This document shows positions 46,304 through 58,991 of a DNA stretch of 64,000 bases, piece by piece. The position numbers were made by a program, and so were the translations under genes. A model generated the notes under the pieces. That model was not told the DNA's origin, searched no databases, and saw only the letters and a list, made by a program, of their open reading frames with translations. Source of the stretch: an uncultured Chloroflexia bacterium (GTDB lineage Bacteria; Chloroflexota; Dehalococcoidia; DSTF01; JALHUB01). Location: assembly GCA_963703345.1 (NCBI GenBank), contig OY969814.1:2080001-2144000 (forward strand). Reading direction: 5' to 3'. Each line of letters opens with the position of its first letter. Positions within the stretch are counted from its first letter, which is position 1.

Positions 46304-48265
46304 TTAGTGGGTGCAGCGGCGACCAAGCTGCTGGGCGATCATGATCAGATCGGTGTTATTCACCTTTGCATCGTGGTTTATGTCGTAGAGCGGGCTCGTG
46401 CTTCCGCGCATGATGGCTCGAGCCTCGATGAGAACGTCAGCCATCGTTACCTTCCCGTTTCCGTTCACGTGGCCGCAATGGATGATCGGCGTGCGCGCGC
46501 TTGTTGCCGTAGCTGGCCTCGTCGGTGTCGGAGTTATCGTTGGCGGTACTGGAGTGGGCGTTAGGGTCGCAGTTGGAGGGGGCGTAGCGGTCGGCGTTGC
46601 CGTAGGCGCGCTTGTTGCCGTAGCTGTCCTCGTCGGTGTCGGAGTTATCGTTGGCGGTACTGGAGTGGGCGTTAGGGTCGCAGTCGGAGGGGGCGTAGCG
46701 GTCGGCGTTGCCGTAGGCGCGCTTGTTGCCGTGGCTGTCCTCGTCGGTGTCGGAGTTACCGTTGGCGGTACTGGAGTGGGCGTTAGGGTCGCAGTTGGAG
46801 GGGGCGTAGCGGTCGGCGTTGCCGTAGGCGCGCTTGTTGCCGTAGCTGTTCGTGTACTAGTCGGAGATGGCGTGCGGCTGGGGATCGACGTGGCTGAGCT
46901 TGTCGAGGTCGGCGTTGGGCTGGGCGTAAGCGTACTGGTCGCCGACGCCGTGGGCGAGGGCGTGACGTCCGGCGACGCAGGAACGTCAACATAGTAAGCA
47001 TAGGTTTCGATGGCGCACTCGCCGTAGCCGATCTTGAAATAGCCGTCGCCGTTCCAGGTGCTGCCCCAGCTATTCTTGACGATCCAGTAGCCGCCGGCGT
47101 CGTCGTAGCCCGTGATTACGACGGCGTGGTTGGCGCCGGTGTCGTTGGTGCAGTGATAGACGCCCTGAGCGTCGAAGGCGCCGCCGTATCCGCCGCCGAC
47201 TCCGATGGCAACCACCAGTGGTCCCTTGTCGACGAGCGTCTGCTTCATCTGATCGGCGGGAACGGCGGTGACGGCGTTTATCTTCACCGACCGGCTCTGG
47301 TAGTCGTTGCAGCGATTGGAGCAGGTGGCGTTGCTGCAGGCGCTGCCGGTGTGATAGGTGCAGCCGGTACCGCAGCTCGTGCCGCAGGAGCAGCTGGACT
47401 GGTTGACGTAAGGCAGGCAGGCTTCGTCCGGTACTCCGTTGTCACGGACGTAAGAGAGAGCGCTGACGTAGTCGCCGCCGCAGCAGTTGCCGTAGGAACC
47501 CATGGAGTAGCAATCGGAGACGAGGTATTCCTCCGAGAGATCGAGGCTAAGGTTAGGGTTGCCGCTCGCGATGTTGTAGGTCCCTTCGGTGACGCCGGCT
47601 GAGGCGAAGGCCCAGCAAGAGCCGCAGCCGCCCTGGTTCTTGACGCTGGTCATCCAGTTCTGACCGTTCTGGTTGCGCCAGTCGAAGGAGGCGGGAGTTG
47701 AGACGATGATGTCGTTTTGCTGGCCGGAGGGGGCCGGGCTCTGAAGGGAGGGGACGCTGCTCCGGGTCGCCTTCTTGCTCAGGTCCATCATGCCGTTGAC
47801 GGAGCCGACATCCTGCTTGCTGTCACGTTTGACGCACTCGGCGTAGTCCTTGGAGAGCGAGCCGCCAGCGCCGTGTTTGGTGACGACGTCGAGTCCCTGC
47901 TTGGCGCAGTAGGAATACTGCTTGCCGCACTCGCCGTTGAGGAAGCTCCACTCCTCGCAACTGCTGCCGTCGGGAAAGACGCAGGTGCCTTGCTCGCTGC
48001 CGTCGGCGCTGCTGGTGATGCGATAGTCGTAGCCGAGGTCCTTGCAGTAGGTTGCGGCGGGGTTTGCCATGCCGAGGCGGTCGCCGTTGTTGCTGCCGCC
48101 GCCGCAAGTGGCCGGCGCCTGGCTGGAGAAGTCTTGCGCGGTCGCCTGTTCAGGGGAGGCCGAATCGCCGGAAGATTCTCCGCCAGCGTGTCCAAGGATT
48201 ATCCAGGATACGACGAGGACCGCGATAACCGCAGCTAGTGTCGCAACCGACAGCTTGTAACGCAT
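46304..48265 (-). CDS. Secreted papain-family (C1) cysteine protease with DUF333-like modules, Thr/Pro linker and dockerin-like C-terminus
   Basis: MANPAATYC/C.EW DUF333-like; FDWR, QGGCGSCWAF, NHAV, KNSWG; GHVNGNGKV..D / DINHDAKV..D. Confidence 0.9.
   Translation of the reverse strand: MRYKLSVATLAAVIAVLVVSWIILGHAGGESSGDSASPEQATAQDFSSQAPATCGGGSNNGDRLGMANPAATYCKDLGYDYRITSSADGSEQGTCVFPDGSSCEEWSFLNGECGKQYSYCAKQGLDVVTKHGAGGSLSKDYAECVKRDSKQDVGSVNGMMDLSKKATRSSVPSLQSPAPSGQQNDIIVSTPASFDWRNQNGQNWMTSVKNQGGCGSCWAFASAGVTEGTYNIASGNPNLSLDLSEEYLVSDCYSMGSYGNCCGGDYVSALSYVRDNGVPDEACLPYVNQSSCSCGTSCGTGCTYHTGSACSNATCSNRCNDYQSRSVKINAVTAVPADQMKQTLVDKGPLVVAIGVGGGYGGAFDAQGVYHCTNDTGANHAVVITGYDDAGGYWIVKNSWGSTWNGDGYFKIGYGECAIETYAYYVDVPASPDVTPSPTASATSTLTPSPTPTSTSSATSIPSRTPSPTSTRTATATSAPTATPTATPPPTATLTPTPVPPTVTPTPTRTATATSAPTATPTATPPPTATLTPTPVPPTITPTPTRTATATSAPTATPTATPPPTATLTPTPVPPTITPTPTRPATATSARTPIIHCGHVNGNGKVTMADVLIEARAIMRGSTSPLYDINHDAKVNNTDLIMIAQQLGRRCTH
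46495..46848. repeat. 111-bp tandem repeat, about 3.2 copies (37-aa Thr/Pro unit)
   Basis: GCGCGCTTGTTGCCGT recurs at 46495, 46606, 46717 and 46828. Confidence 0.92.
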
Positions 48266-48443
48266 TGATCCACCTCCCGATTTCCGACAAGATGGTCCCC
48301 TGTTAGACTTATCGACAAGTCGGCGGCAAAAGGTTGGGCGGAACCCTGTGGGGGCCAAGAATCTCATCCGAATCTGACTGATTGACCGAAGACGGCGTCC
48401 GGGCGAGCCTTACCGCATCCGTCCTGAAGGAGGCCGCGCCTTG

Positions 48444-48484
48444 GGGGGAATTGGATAACGACGCGTCTTCACGCGTTCTGCACA
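48444..48484. repeat. 41-bp intergenic direct repeat, copy 1
   Basis: GGGGGAATTGGATAACGACGCGTCTTCACGCGTTCTGCACA. Confidence 0.9.
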
Positions 48485-48504
48485 TTATTAAAACGAGCCG
48501 TTAC

Positions 48505-48533
48505 TTGACAAGCCAATAAGGGGACACTAGTAT
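48505..48533 (+). promoter_or_regulatory. Sigma70-type promoter
   Basis: TTGACA-17 bp-TAGTAT, about 680 nt upstream of the ATG at 49209. Confidence 0.55.
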
Positions 48534-48890
48534 TATGTTTGGTGGCGGGGCACATGTCGGAGCAAGGATGCACCCTCAGGAAAGCCCCCAGTAATCTAGT
48601 CGACTCCTTTTGCCTCGTTAGGCACGCTGGATCGTTTGGACGTGGTCATGGCGTGGTTGTTGTTCTCATTCCATTTTGCCGGCGCCGGCGATATCGGTTT
48701 CGTTGGCGATGAAGCGCTCGCTCACTTCAGCGGGCGATCCCCGGCTCCATTCCTCTCCATGCCAGCCTCGTCTTGACGATCACGGTGCGCGGAGCTGACA
48801 GTAGCGTCTCCCCGCGGGAGCAGCTCGCAAGGAAACCGCGGTGGGGTCATCTAGCTGACTTAAGGAAGACTGGCGCTGTTCGCCACCGCC

Positions 48891-48931
48891 GGGGGAATTG
48901 GATAACGACACGTCTTCACGCGTTCCGCACA
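48891..48931. repeat. 41-bp intergenic direct repeat, copy 2
   Basis: GGGGGAATTGGATAACGACACGTCTTCACGCGTTCCGCACA, 2 mismatches to copy 1. Confidence 0.9.
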
Positions 48932-49208
48932 CGATTTGCGGCACGACTCACGATTATTGCACAAACCGCCGGTACTGTTATTGTGGTTGTTCTTTACTCC
49001 GGCAGGCCCCAGGGGTTTCGTGGGGGCCAAACCGGCGGGCCATTCCAGCTTCGAAAGAGGAGGTGCACTGACGAACTAACCATTATCCACTGAACTCCGG
49101 CCAGGTTCTTTCGCCAGACGTCTTCGTTGCTCTGCGACAGGAGGTCGCGGCGGAAGGACCGGGGACTGCGGCCTGGAGAATGCCGCGCCAACGCAAGGAG
49201 GGTAAGAC

Positions 49209-50504
49209 ATGAAGTACAACAAGGATGACCGCAGCCCGAGGCGCGCTGCACGGGTCATCGGAAGACGGGGAGGAGCCGCTCTGGCCCTGGCGATGGGCCT
49301 GGCGCTGATCGCAGGGATGGTCATTTGGTCCCCCTGGGCTGGGGCAACCGGTTCGGGCCCCCTCCATGGCATCAGCTTCCTCAAGGGCTGCGCCGGTCCG
49401 ACAAACGTGGGTGACCCGTACACCTGCTCGTTCTCAATTACGAACACTGCCGACGAGGCCCAGGACACCCTGACCATCACAGTCGTAGATGACTTAGTGC
49501 ATGCTACTGGCGGCGACGCTGATTCGGGCAACTTGCTGCCGGGCGCAAGTCTCACCTTCGGCTTGAACGGCACCGCATCCTGCAACGTCGGCCAGACGCT
49601 CTGCACGCTTCCCTTCGGCTCGTCTATCACCTTCACGCAGACAGCGAACCTCTACATCGTCAAGGCCACCGATCCGAACCCCTTGACCGACACGGCGAAC
49701 TTGACGTGGCAGGACAAATGCGACAAGGGCGCTACAAACTGTCCGCTGGGAGACCAGACCGCGTCCAGCGGCTCTCAGTCGCCGCTGCAGACGCCGACGT
49801 TCACGCCTACGAACACGCCGACGAATACGCCGACGAACACACCCACAAACACGCCGACGAATACGCCGACAAACACACCGACGAACACGCCGACGAACAC
49901 GCCGACGAACACGCCGACGATCACGCCGACAAACACGCCGACGATCACGAACACGCCGACGAACACACCGACTAACACGCCGACGATCACGAACACGCCG
50001 ACGAACACGCCGACGAACACGCCGACGATCACGCCGACGTCGACCAACACGCCCGCGCTCGGGTGTGCCCTCAGCCCCGGCTTCTGGAAGGGCAGCGCAG
50101 CTAACCAGGCATTGTGGGATAGCCCCACGGATCCGATCGCCATAGCAGCCGGATTCTATGGTGGGCTAACCTTCCCGAAGACCAGTCTGACGTACCTCCA
50201 CGTGATGCAGCTGCCCAAGGGGGGCGACGTCACTATCCAGCTCGCCTTCAAGTACATCGCGGCTCGGCTGAATGTCGCCGACGGCCTTACGAATCCTGCG
50301 TACTTGTCTGGGCTACTGGATCAGATTCTGAAGCCAAGTGGCGCGCCACCAATGACGGGATCAGCTTGCAGCGGTGGCTTCTTGTGCACCAACCCCGTAG
50401 GCAGCAATCCTGGCACCATCGCCGCTGCGGTTGGGAAGATCCTCCTCGGCCAGATCGACAACTACTTCTCAACGGTTGGCGAGACCGGCTGCCCTAGCAG
50501 CTAG
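49209..50504 (+). CDS. Secreted protein: Ig-like N-domain, (TNTP)n linker, Cys-containing C-domain
   Basis: AAGGAGG RBS, signal/TM segment, 12-bp repeat linker, C.LSPGFWK motif. Confidence 0.85.
   Translation: MKYNKDDRSPRRAARVIGRRGGAALALAMGLALIAGMVIWSPWAGATGSGPLHGISFLKGCAGPTNVGDPYTCSFSITNTADEAQDTLTITVVDDLVHATGGDADSGNLLPGASLTFGLNGTASCNVGQTLCTLPFGSSITFTQTANLYIVKATDPNPLTDTANLTWQDKCDKGATNCPLGDQTASSGSQSPLQTPTFTPTNTPTNTPTNTPTNTPTNTPTNTPTNTPTNTPTNTPTITPTNTPTITNTPTNTPTNTPTITNTPTNTPTNTPTITPTSTNTPALGCALSPGFWKGSAANQALWDSPTDPIAIAAGFYGGLTFPKTSLTYLHVMQLPKGGDVTIQLAFKYIAARLNVADGLTNPAYLSGLLDQILKPSGAPPMTGSACSGGFLCTNPVGSNPGTIAAAVGKILLGQIDNYFSTVGETGCPSS
49790..50055. repeat. 12-bp coding tandem repeat ACGAACACGCCG (TNTP/TITP)
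   Basis: About 20 imperfect units visible. Confidence 0.9.
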
Positions 50505-50556
50505 GCCTGATAGGACGAGGTAGAAACACAGCAGACCGAATTCTGATCAAGAAGTG

Positions 50557-50591
50557 AGGGGTGGGCCGGCGCGCGCCGGCCCACCCCTTTT
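50557..50591 (+). terminator. Intrinsic terminator
   Basis: Perfect palindrome AGGGGTGGGCCGGCGC/GCGCCGGCCCACCCCT followed by TTT. Confidence 0.85.
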
Positions 50592-50844
50592 CAGTTGCCC
50601 GCACCGGGTGAGGGGTGCCAATAATATGTCCGTATCTGCGTACCTCAAGCGGCCACCCACTCGTAGGACACGGAGGCCCAACAGACGGACATTACCGGGC
50701 GGGGGACCCGTCAGGCGCCGGCTGAACGACAGTCGGAGCGCTTCGGCAGGAGCCGGAGCGTTCGTCATTTCCAAACGCGGGAAAGGCGCGACTGTTTTCA
50801 AGCGAAGGTGCGGGAATCGACGGCGGACGTGAGAATCGAGGCGG

Positions 50845-51543
50845 CTAGCCGGTCGTCCGGGCCAGGCGACGCCGGCGGGCGCGCTCCAGCTCGGCGAGCT
50901 GCGAGAGCGCTTTGCGGGTGTCCGACGCGACGCGGGCACGGTCGCAGTTGCGCAGGCGGTACTTGAAGAGCCAGTACGCGAATGCGCGCATGTCGCTGTA
51001 GGCGATGGCGTCGCCCTGCGGTAAGCCTTTCTCCGCGCGGAAGCGCGTCAGCAGCTCCATTCGCCCCTTGCCGTAGATGCGCTCGCAGACCTCTTCGTCG
51101 GCCGGTCGGCAGCGGGTGGCGCACTGGGCGAAGCGCTCCTTGTGCAACTCCTCTTCGACGGCGAGCTGCAACGCCTCTTCGACGACGACGCCGTAGAGGT
51201 AGTTGAGGTAGGCGGTGTGCTTGGCGGCGCCGATGGCGCCCTTGAAGGTCGCGGCGTCGCAGTCGAGCGGCATCTGGCCGAAGAAGAGCAGCGCCTCGCG
51301 CTCTTCATCGGGGACGGCGCCGTCGAGCGAGTCGGTGAGGCGCTCGGCGAGGAGCAGCCAGTCGAAGGCTTCGCCGTCGATGAGATAGCAGTAGCGCCTG
51401 TCGCCGACGGTCTCCTCCGGCAGTTGCCAGAGGGCAACGGCGTCGAGCAGCGCGGGGAACCAGTGGGCGCCGCCGGCCAGCGCCTGGCGCAGGTGCGCGA
51501 AGGCCTCGTCGCAGCTTGGCGTGCGCTCCGGGGTGTCCTCCAT
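50845..51543 (-). CDS. Hypothetical protein downstream of secA
   Basis: GAGGAGAGG RBS, host-like codon use; EAFDWLLLAERL, FAYWLFKYR, ASDTRKAL blocks. Confidence 0.75.
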   Translation of the reverse strand: MEDTPERTPSCDEAFAHLRQALAGGAHWFPALLDAVALWQLPEETVGDRRYCYLIDGEAFDWLLLAERLTDSLDGAVPDEEREALLFFGQMPLDCDAATFKGAIGAAKHTAYLNYLYGVVVEEALQLAVEEELHKERFAQCATRCRPADEEVCERIYGKGRMELLTRFRAEKGLPQGDAIAYSDMRAFAYWLFKYRLRNCDRARVASDTRKALSQLAELERARRRRLARTTG

Positions 51544-51562
51544 CCGCCTCTCCTCGTCCACT

Positions 51563-54217
<2,655 letters not shown>

Positions 54218-54234
54218 TAGGTCCTGGTTTCTCG

Positions 54235-55185
54235 TCAGGCGTCCGTCTGAAACAGAGCGCCAACTGATTGTCCGGTGTGTATGCACCTGATCGCCTCGCC
54301 GAGCAGGGGCGCGACCGTCAGGGAGTGTATCTTGTTTATCTGCTTCTCCGGCGGCTGTGGCAGGGTATCGGTGATGACGACCTGTTGGATGGGGCTGTCA
54401 TTCAGGCGCTCGATGGCCGGCCCGGAGAAAACGCCGTGCACGGCCGCGGCTTTAATCCCGGTGGCGCCGCTGGCGAGGAGGAGCTTCACGACTTCGGTCA
54501 ACGTAGACCCTCTGTCTATTTCATCGTCAATCACCAGCGCGGCCTGTCCTTCCACGTCACCGATCAGTTGGAGCGCCTCGGCGATCTGCTTGTTTCCGGC
54601 GCGCCTCTTCTCGACGACGGCCAGCGGGACGTCGAGCTTGGCGGCGATGTTGCGGGCGTCCTTGGCGCGGGCTAGGTCGGGTGCGACGACGACAAGGTTG
54701 TCGTGGTCGGTGTCCTTGAAATAGTCGCCCAGGCTGGGAAAGGCGGTGAGCTCGTCGACCGGTATGCGGAAGAAGCCCTGTATCTGGGAGGCGTGCAGGT
54801 CGATGGTAAGGACGCGGTCGGCGCCGGCCGTAGTTATCATATCGGCGACGAGGCGGGCGGTGATGGGCACGCGCGGCTGGTCCTTCTTATCGCTGCGGCC
54901 GTAGGCGAAGTAGGGAATGACGGCGGTAATGCGGCCGGCGGAGGCGCGACGGAAGGCGTCGATCATGATCAGCAGCTCCATGAGCCGCGTGTTGACGGGC
55001 GAGGCTATGGGCTGGACGACGAAGACGTCGCGTTCGCGGACGTTCTCGCAGATGCGCACGAATATGTTCTCGTTGCTGAAGGAGAATACCTCGCATTCGC
55101 CAAGAGGCGTCTCCAGGTACCGGCAGATGTTTAGCGCCAACTCTGGATGGGCATTGCCGCTGAAGATGCTCATCTCGCGAAACAC
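54235..55185 (-). CDS. prs: Ribose-phosphate pyrophosphokinase
   Basis: [35 protein letters not shown]. Confidence 0.95.
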   Translation of the reverse strand: MFREMSIFSGNAHPELALNICRYLETPLGECEVFSFSNENIFVRICENVRERDVFVVQPIASPVNTRLMELLIMIDAFRRASAGRITAVIPYFAYGRSDKKDQPRVPITARLVADMITTAGADRVLTIDLHASQIQGFFRIPVDELTAFPSLGDYFKDTDHDNLVVVAPDLARAKDARNIAAKLDVPLAVVEKRRAGNKQIAEALQLIGDVEGQAALVIDDEIDRGSTLTEVVKLLLASGATGIKAAAVHGVFSGPAIERLNDSPIQQVVITDTLPQPPEKQINKIHSLTVAPLLGEAIRCIHTGQSVGALFQTDA

Positions 55186-55713
55186 TGGTTTCCCTCCTGT
55201 TCGTTCTGACCCAGACGGTCTTTCGCCGGGGCTTACCCCTCGCCGGTCACCAAAAGGCCGAGCCAGGAACCGCTGATCTTGTCATCGGTCCCGCCCCGGC
55301 CCGTGGTCCGGAAAGCGTGCCTGGTAGACGCTTAGATCATAGCACAGCATAAGGCGCCCAGCAACGCGCGCGCAGTCCTTCCCGCGGCGCTTGGCGGGAT
55401 AGCTGTCCCTATTGTGAACCGACGCTGCGTTACGTGCCAGAAGCGCGGCGCTATTCGCATCGGCCGTCCGGCGGCGAGGATAGGTGACGAGCCAACTCTA
55501 CGGGTTGGAACGCGCAGCGTTCGCGGATTCGGCGCTGCTGGGGCTGTTCGGCTCCCCGAACAGCCCCACGAAACCACGCCGTTATCTCTTCCGACACTCA
55601 TGGTTGCGTTAACTGCGCCAGGGTATAAATCACAAAAAGCATCGAAAACAGGACTACCTTGACAACGCCACGACGCGACTGCTAGATTGATTGTGAAGGA
55701 CGCAATCGATCCA

Positions 55714-56352
55714 ATGGAAAACACGCGCCAAACGATTCTGGAGATACTGCGGCGACGCCAGCACACCACCGTCGAGGAGCTGACGCAAGAGCTGGGACTG
55801 GCGGCGGCAACGGTGCGTCGCCACCTGGACATCCTCATGCGGGACAACTACGTCGCCGTGACGCAGAAGCGTCGCGAAATCGGCCGGCCACATTACGTCT
55901 TCACCCTCACGGACGCCGGCGACGACCTCTTCCCCCGCGGCTACGTGCGGCTGACGAATCGCATCATCGAAGAACTCGTCTCGCTGGACCGCGACGACAC
56001 GAAAGGCAAGAGCGGTGTGGCGCTGGCGGAGGTGCTCTTCGAGAAGATGGCCGACCGCGTTGCCGAGACTTACGCCGGGCGGATAACCGGCAAGACGCTG
56101 CCGGACCGTCTGGACGAGACGACGAAGCTGCTGGCCGACGAGGGCATGTTCTTCGTATGGCGCAAGGCCGACGACGGCTACCAGCTCCTGGGCCAGGGCT
56201 GCCCCTGTCCGCGCATCGCCGACATACACAACGAGGTCTGCATCCACGACCAGCGATTGCTGCGGCGGCTGCTCCAAGCCGACGTCGAGCCGCTGAGCGT
56301 GAACCCCGAGAAGAGCGTCTGCGCCTACCTGGTGCGAGAGCGCGCTTCCTGA
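55714..56352 (+). CDS. wHTH transcriptional regulator with C-terminal Cys motif (SufR-like)
   Basis: TR..IL..L, ATVRRHL, GRP..V..LT, CPC...C...C; TTGACA-18-TAGATT upstream. Confidence 0.8.
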   Translation: MENTRQTILEILRRRQHTTVEELTQELGLAAATVRRHLDILMRDNYVAVTQKRREIGRPHYVFTLTDAGDDLFPRGYVRLTNRIIEELVSLDRDDTKGKSGVALAEVLFEKMADRVAETYAGRITGKTLPDRLDETTKLLADEGMFFVWRKADDGYQLLGQGCPCPRIADIHNEVCIHDQRLLRRLLQADVEPLSVNPEKSVCAYLVRERAS

Positions 56353-56442
56353 CCCCCGCATCTTCCACGCCTGTCCTTACCCTGCGTCTGAGCTATAATT
56401 GAGCGCGTCCGGCAGACCGTTGTCGGAGCGAAGGAGCATCAC

Positions 56443-57063
56443 GTGCAAAAGGCCCAACTTGGCTTCCTTGCTTCCCACGGCGGGAGCAACATGCAGGCGA
56501 TTATCGACGCCTGCAAGGAGGGGCGACTCGACGCTGAACCGGCCGTGGTCATAAGCAACAACTCGGGCTCCACGGCGCTGGAACGCGCGAGCCGCGAAGG
56601 CATCCCGCACTATCACTTCAGCAGCGCAACTCATCCGGACCCGGCGGAGTTGGACGCGGCGATCCTGCGCGCGTTGGAAGAGCACAAAGTCGATTTCGTC
56701 ATCCTTGCCGGCTACATGAAGCTGCTGGGTCCGCAGACGCTGCGGAGGTATCGCGGGCGCATCCTCAACATCCATCCCGCCCTGCTGCCGAAGTTCGGGG
56801 GAAAAGGCCTCTACGGCATCAAGGTGCACGAGGCAGTGCTGGCGGCCGGCGAAAAGGTGACCGGCGTGACGGTACACCTGGTCGACGAGAACTACGACCG
56901 CGGGCCGATTGTGGCGCAGTGCGAGGTGCCGGTGCTCGAAGGCGACACGTCGCAGTCGCTCGCCGCCCGCGTGCTGGAGCAGGAGCACAAGCTGTTCGCC
57001 GCGACGCTGCAGAAAATCGTCCGGGGCGAGATTGACCTGGACGCGATTGGCTCCTCAGGCTGA
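56443..57063 (+). CDS. purN: Phosphoribosylglycinamide formyltransferase
   Basis: SHGGSN, LAGYM, NIHPALLP, GVTVH.V...YD.GPI, EH. Confidence 0.96.
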   Translation: MQKAQLGFLASHGGSNMQAIIDACKEGRLDAEPAVVISNNSGSTALERASREGIPHYHFSSATHPDPAELDAAILRALEEHKVDFVILAGYMKLLGPQTLRRYRGRILNIHPALLPKFGGKGLYGIKVHEAVLAAGEKVTGVTVHLVDENYDRGPIVAQCEVPVLEGDTSQSLAARVLEQEHKLFAATLQKIVRGEIDLDAIGSSG

Positions 57064-57135
57064 CGGCGGTCCGGGTGCGTCCGCCTCCGGCGGACGCCGA
57101 AACCACGCCGCTGCCCCGCGGCCAACGCCCCTCCC

Positions 57136-57909
57136 CTACCCTGCCAGCGGCTTCTCCGTGTAGACAACGACGCTCTTCGGATAGAAGCGGTTTCCCGCCT
57201 CGTCGAGCACGTGGTAAAGCAGCGAATACGGCTCGGCGTTTGACCGGTCCCGCCACCGATTCAGCGCCTCGACCGACCAGCCGCGCATGTAGGGGCAGGC
57301 GTCGAGCAGGAATAGGAGCGTCCAGTAGACCGATTCGACGGAGTTGCGCAGGCGTCGCGCATACACTCGCATCCCCGCCGCTTCGACGGCATGGACGATG
57401 CGACGACGCGTGTAGATGCGACGATGCCCGAACGGGTCGTCGCGGTAGAGGTCGTAGAAACGGTAGGCAATGAACTCCGGCAGCGTGTCCGGAACGCTGA
57501 CGACCAACCGACCGCCCGGCTTCAGAACCCGGGCCATCTCGCGCAGGGCCAGACCGGCGTCCGCTACGTGCTCCAGCGTCTCGGTGCAGGCCACGAAGTC
57601 AAACGCGGCGTCGGCGAAAGGCAGCCGACCGCCATCCGCTTGAGCGAAGGCCGGCAGGGGGTCCCTGTCGAGGAGATGCCTGCGGGCCGAAAGCAGGTCG
57701 CGACGGAGGATATCGATGCCGACACTCTTGCAGCCGCGTCCGGCCAGCCGCGAGAGGAGCCGGCCCACGCTGCACCCGACGTCGAGGACGCGGGCGCCGG
57801 GCCAGACGCCCAGCAGCGTGAGGTCAACGACCTCCAGGCGTCGCAGCACGGGGCCGACGACCCAGCGTCGTTGGGGAGATAGGTCGGCCGCCTGTTTCGG
57901 AGCGCTCAT
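57136..57909 (-). CDS. Class I SAM-dependent methyltransferase
   Basis: VLDVGCSVG, LPFADAAFD, LEHV, RVLKPGG; start approximate. Confidence 0.88.
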   Translation of the reverse strand: MSAPKQAADLSPQRRWVVGPVLRRLEVVDLTLLGVWPGARVLDVGCSVGRLLSRLAGRGCKSVGIDILRRDLLSARRHLLDRDPLPAFAQADGGRLPFADAAFDFVACTETLEHVADAGLALREMARVLKPGGRLVVSVPDTLPEFIAYRFYDLYRDDPFGHRRIYTRRRIVHAVEAAGMRVYARRLRNSVESVYWTLLFLLDACPYMRGWSVEALNRWRDRSNAEPYSLLYHVLDEAGNRFYPKSVVVYTEKPLAG

Positions 57910-58001
57910 GCCATGCGAATCTAGCAGCGCCGCCGGCCCGACGTCAATCGCAATCGTCGCGCTATTGGCGAAACCGAGGAAATGTGCTAGATTCATAGCC
58001 A

Positions 58002-58991
58002 ATGGTTCAAAGGCGTCAGCGCCGGGGTAATCACGCGCCTGTCGCCGTCCTGGCGATAATAGTCATCCTGTCTTCCCTCTACGCCTTCCACTCCTTCTTC
58101 GGGTCCGGTGGCTCCACGCGCTGCGCCGGCGGCGACTGCGCGGCGATAGTGTCGGCTCCGCCGCCGTCGGCGCCGACGCCCGCGCCGACACAACAAGTGC
58201 TGGCGCTCAGCCTGACGCACCCGCCCGATCTGACCGCCGTGTCCGCCGCCGTCGTCGCCGACGACTGCGATGAGCTTCTCTACGCGAAGGACGCGAACCG
58301 TCGCCTCCCGCCGGCCAGCATCACGAAGGTCATGACAGCGATCGTCGCGTCGGAGGCGAGCAGCCCAGACGACATGGTGGACGTCAACATCGACGGCTTC
58401 TTCGCCGGCGACAGCACGGTGATGGGGCTGGAGACGGGAATGCGGCTGTCCATGCGCGACCTCCTCTACGGCCTCCTCTTGCCTTCCGGGAACGACGCCG
58501 CTGTCGCCATTGCCCGTTACATCGCCGGCGGCGTTCCATCGTTTGTCAATCGCATGAACGCGAAGGTGCGCGAGCTGGGGCTGCAGGACACGCAATTCAC
58601 CAATCCCCACGGCCTCGACGCCGCGGGGCACTACTCCTCAGCCTACGACATGGTCATGATCGGCCGCTATGCGATGAAGGACCCGCTGATCGCCGAGATC
58701 GTGAAGACGAAGCAGTACACAGCGAACTGGAGCGGCCCCGAGCTCTGGAACGGCAACCTGCTCCTCTGGCTCTACCCCGATGCCGACGGCATCAAGATCG
58801 GCTGGACGGAGAAGGCGGGACAGACGCTCATGGCGACGGCCCAGCGCGACGGACATCGCGTCTACCTGGCGCTCTTCGGCAGCCAGGACCGCTACACGGA
58901 CGCCATTCGTCTCTTCGACTGGGCTTTCGACACTCTGGGAAGCACGCCTGGGGAGAACTGCGCCGCCGTCTCAACCGACGGCTCTCAATAG
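58002..58991 (+). CDS. D-Ala-D-Ala carboxypeptidase (S11, DacA-like)
   Basis: PASITK (SxxK), SGND (SxN), NPHGL, KIG (KTG variant); N-terminal TM. Confidence 0.9.
   Translation: MVQRRQRRGNHAPVAVLAIIVILSSLYAFHSFFGSGGSTRCAGGDCAAIVSAPPPSAPTPAPTQQVLALSLTHPPDLTAVSAAVVADDCDELLYAKDANRRLPPASITKVMTAIVASEASSPDDMVDVNIDGFFAGDSTVMGLETGMRLSMRDLLYGLLLPSGNDAAVAIARYIAGGVPSFVNRMNAKVRELGLQDTQFTNPHGLDAAGHYSSAYDMVMIGRYAMKDPLIAEIVKTKQYTANWSGPELWNGNLLLWLYPDADGIKIGWTEKAGQTLMATAQRDGHRVYLALFGSQDRYTDAIRLFDWAFDTLGSTPGENCAAVSTDGSQ

Noticed and set aside
48444-48931. 41-bp repeats as a CRISPR array
   Set aside because: Only two copies, 406 bp between them, and no cas genes in the window
46495-50055. 111-bp and 12-bp tandem repeats as CRISPR or non-coding arrays
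   Set aside because: No unique spacers; in-frame units encoding Thr/Pro linkers
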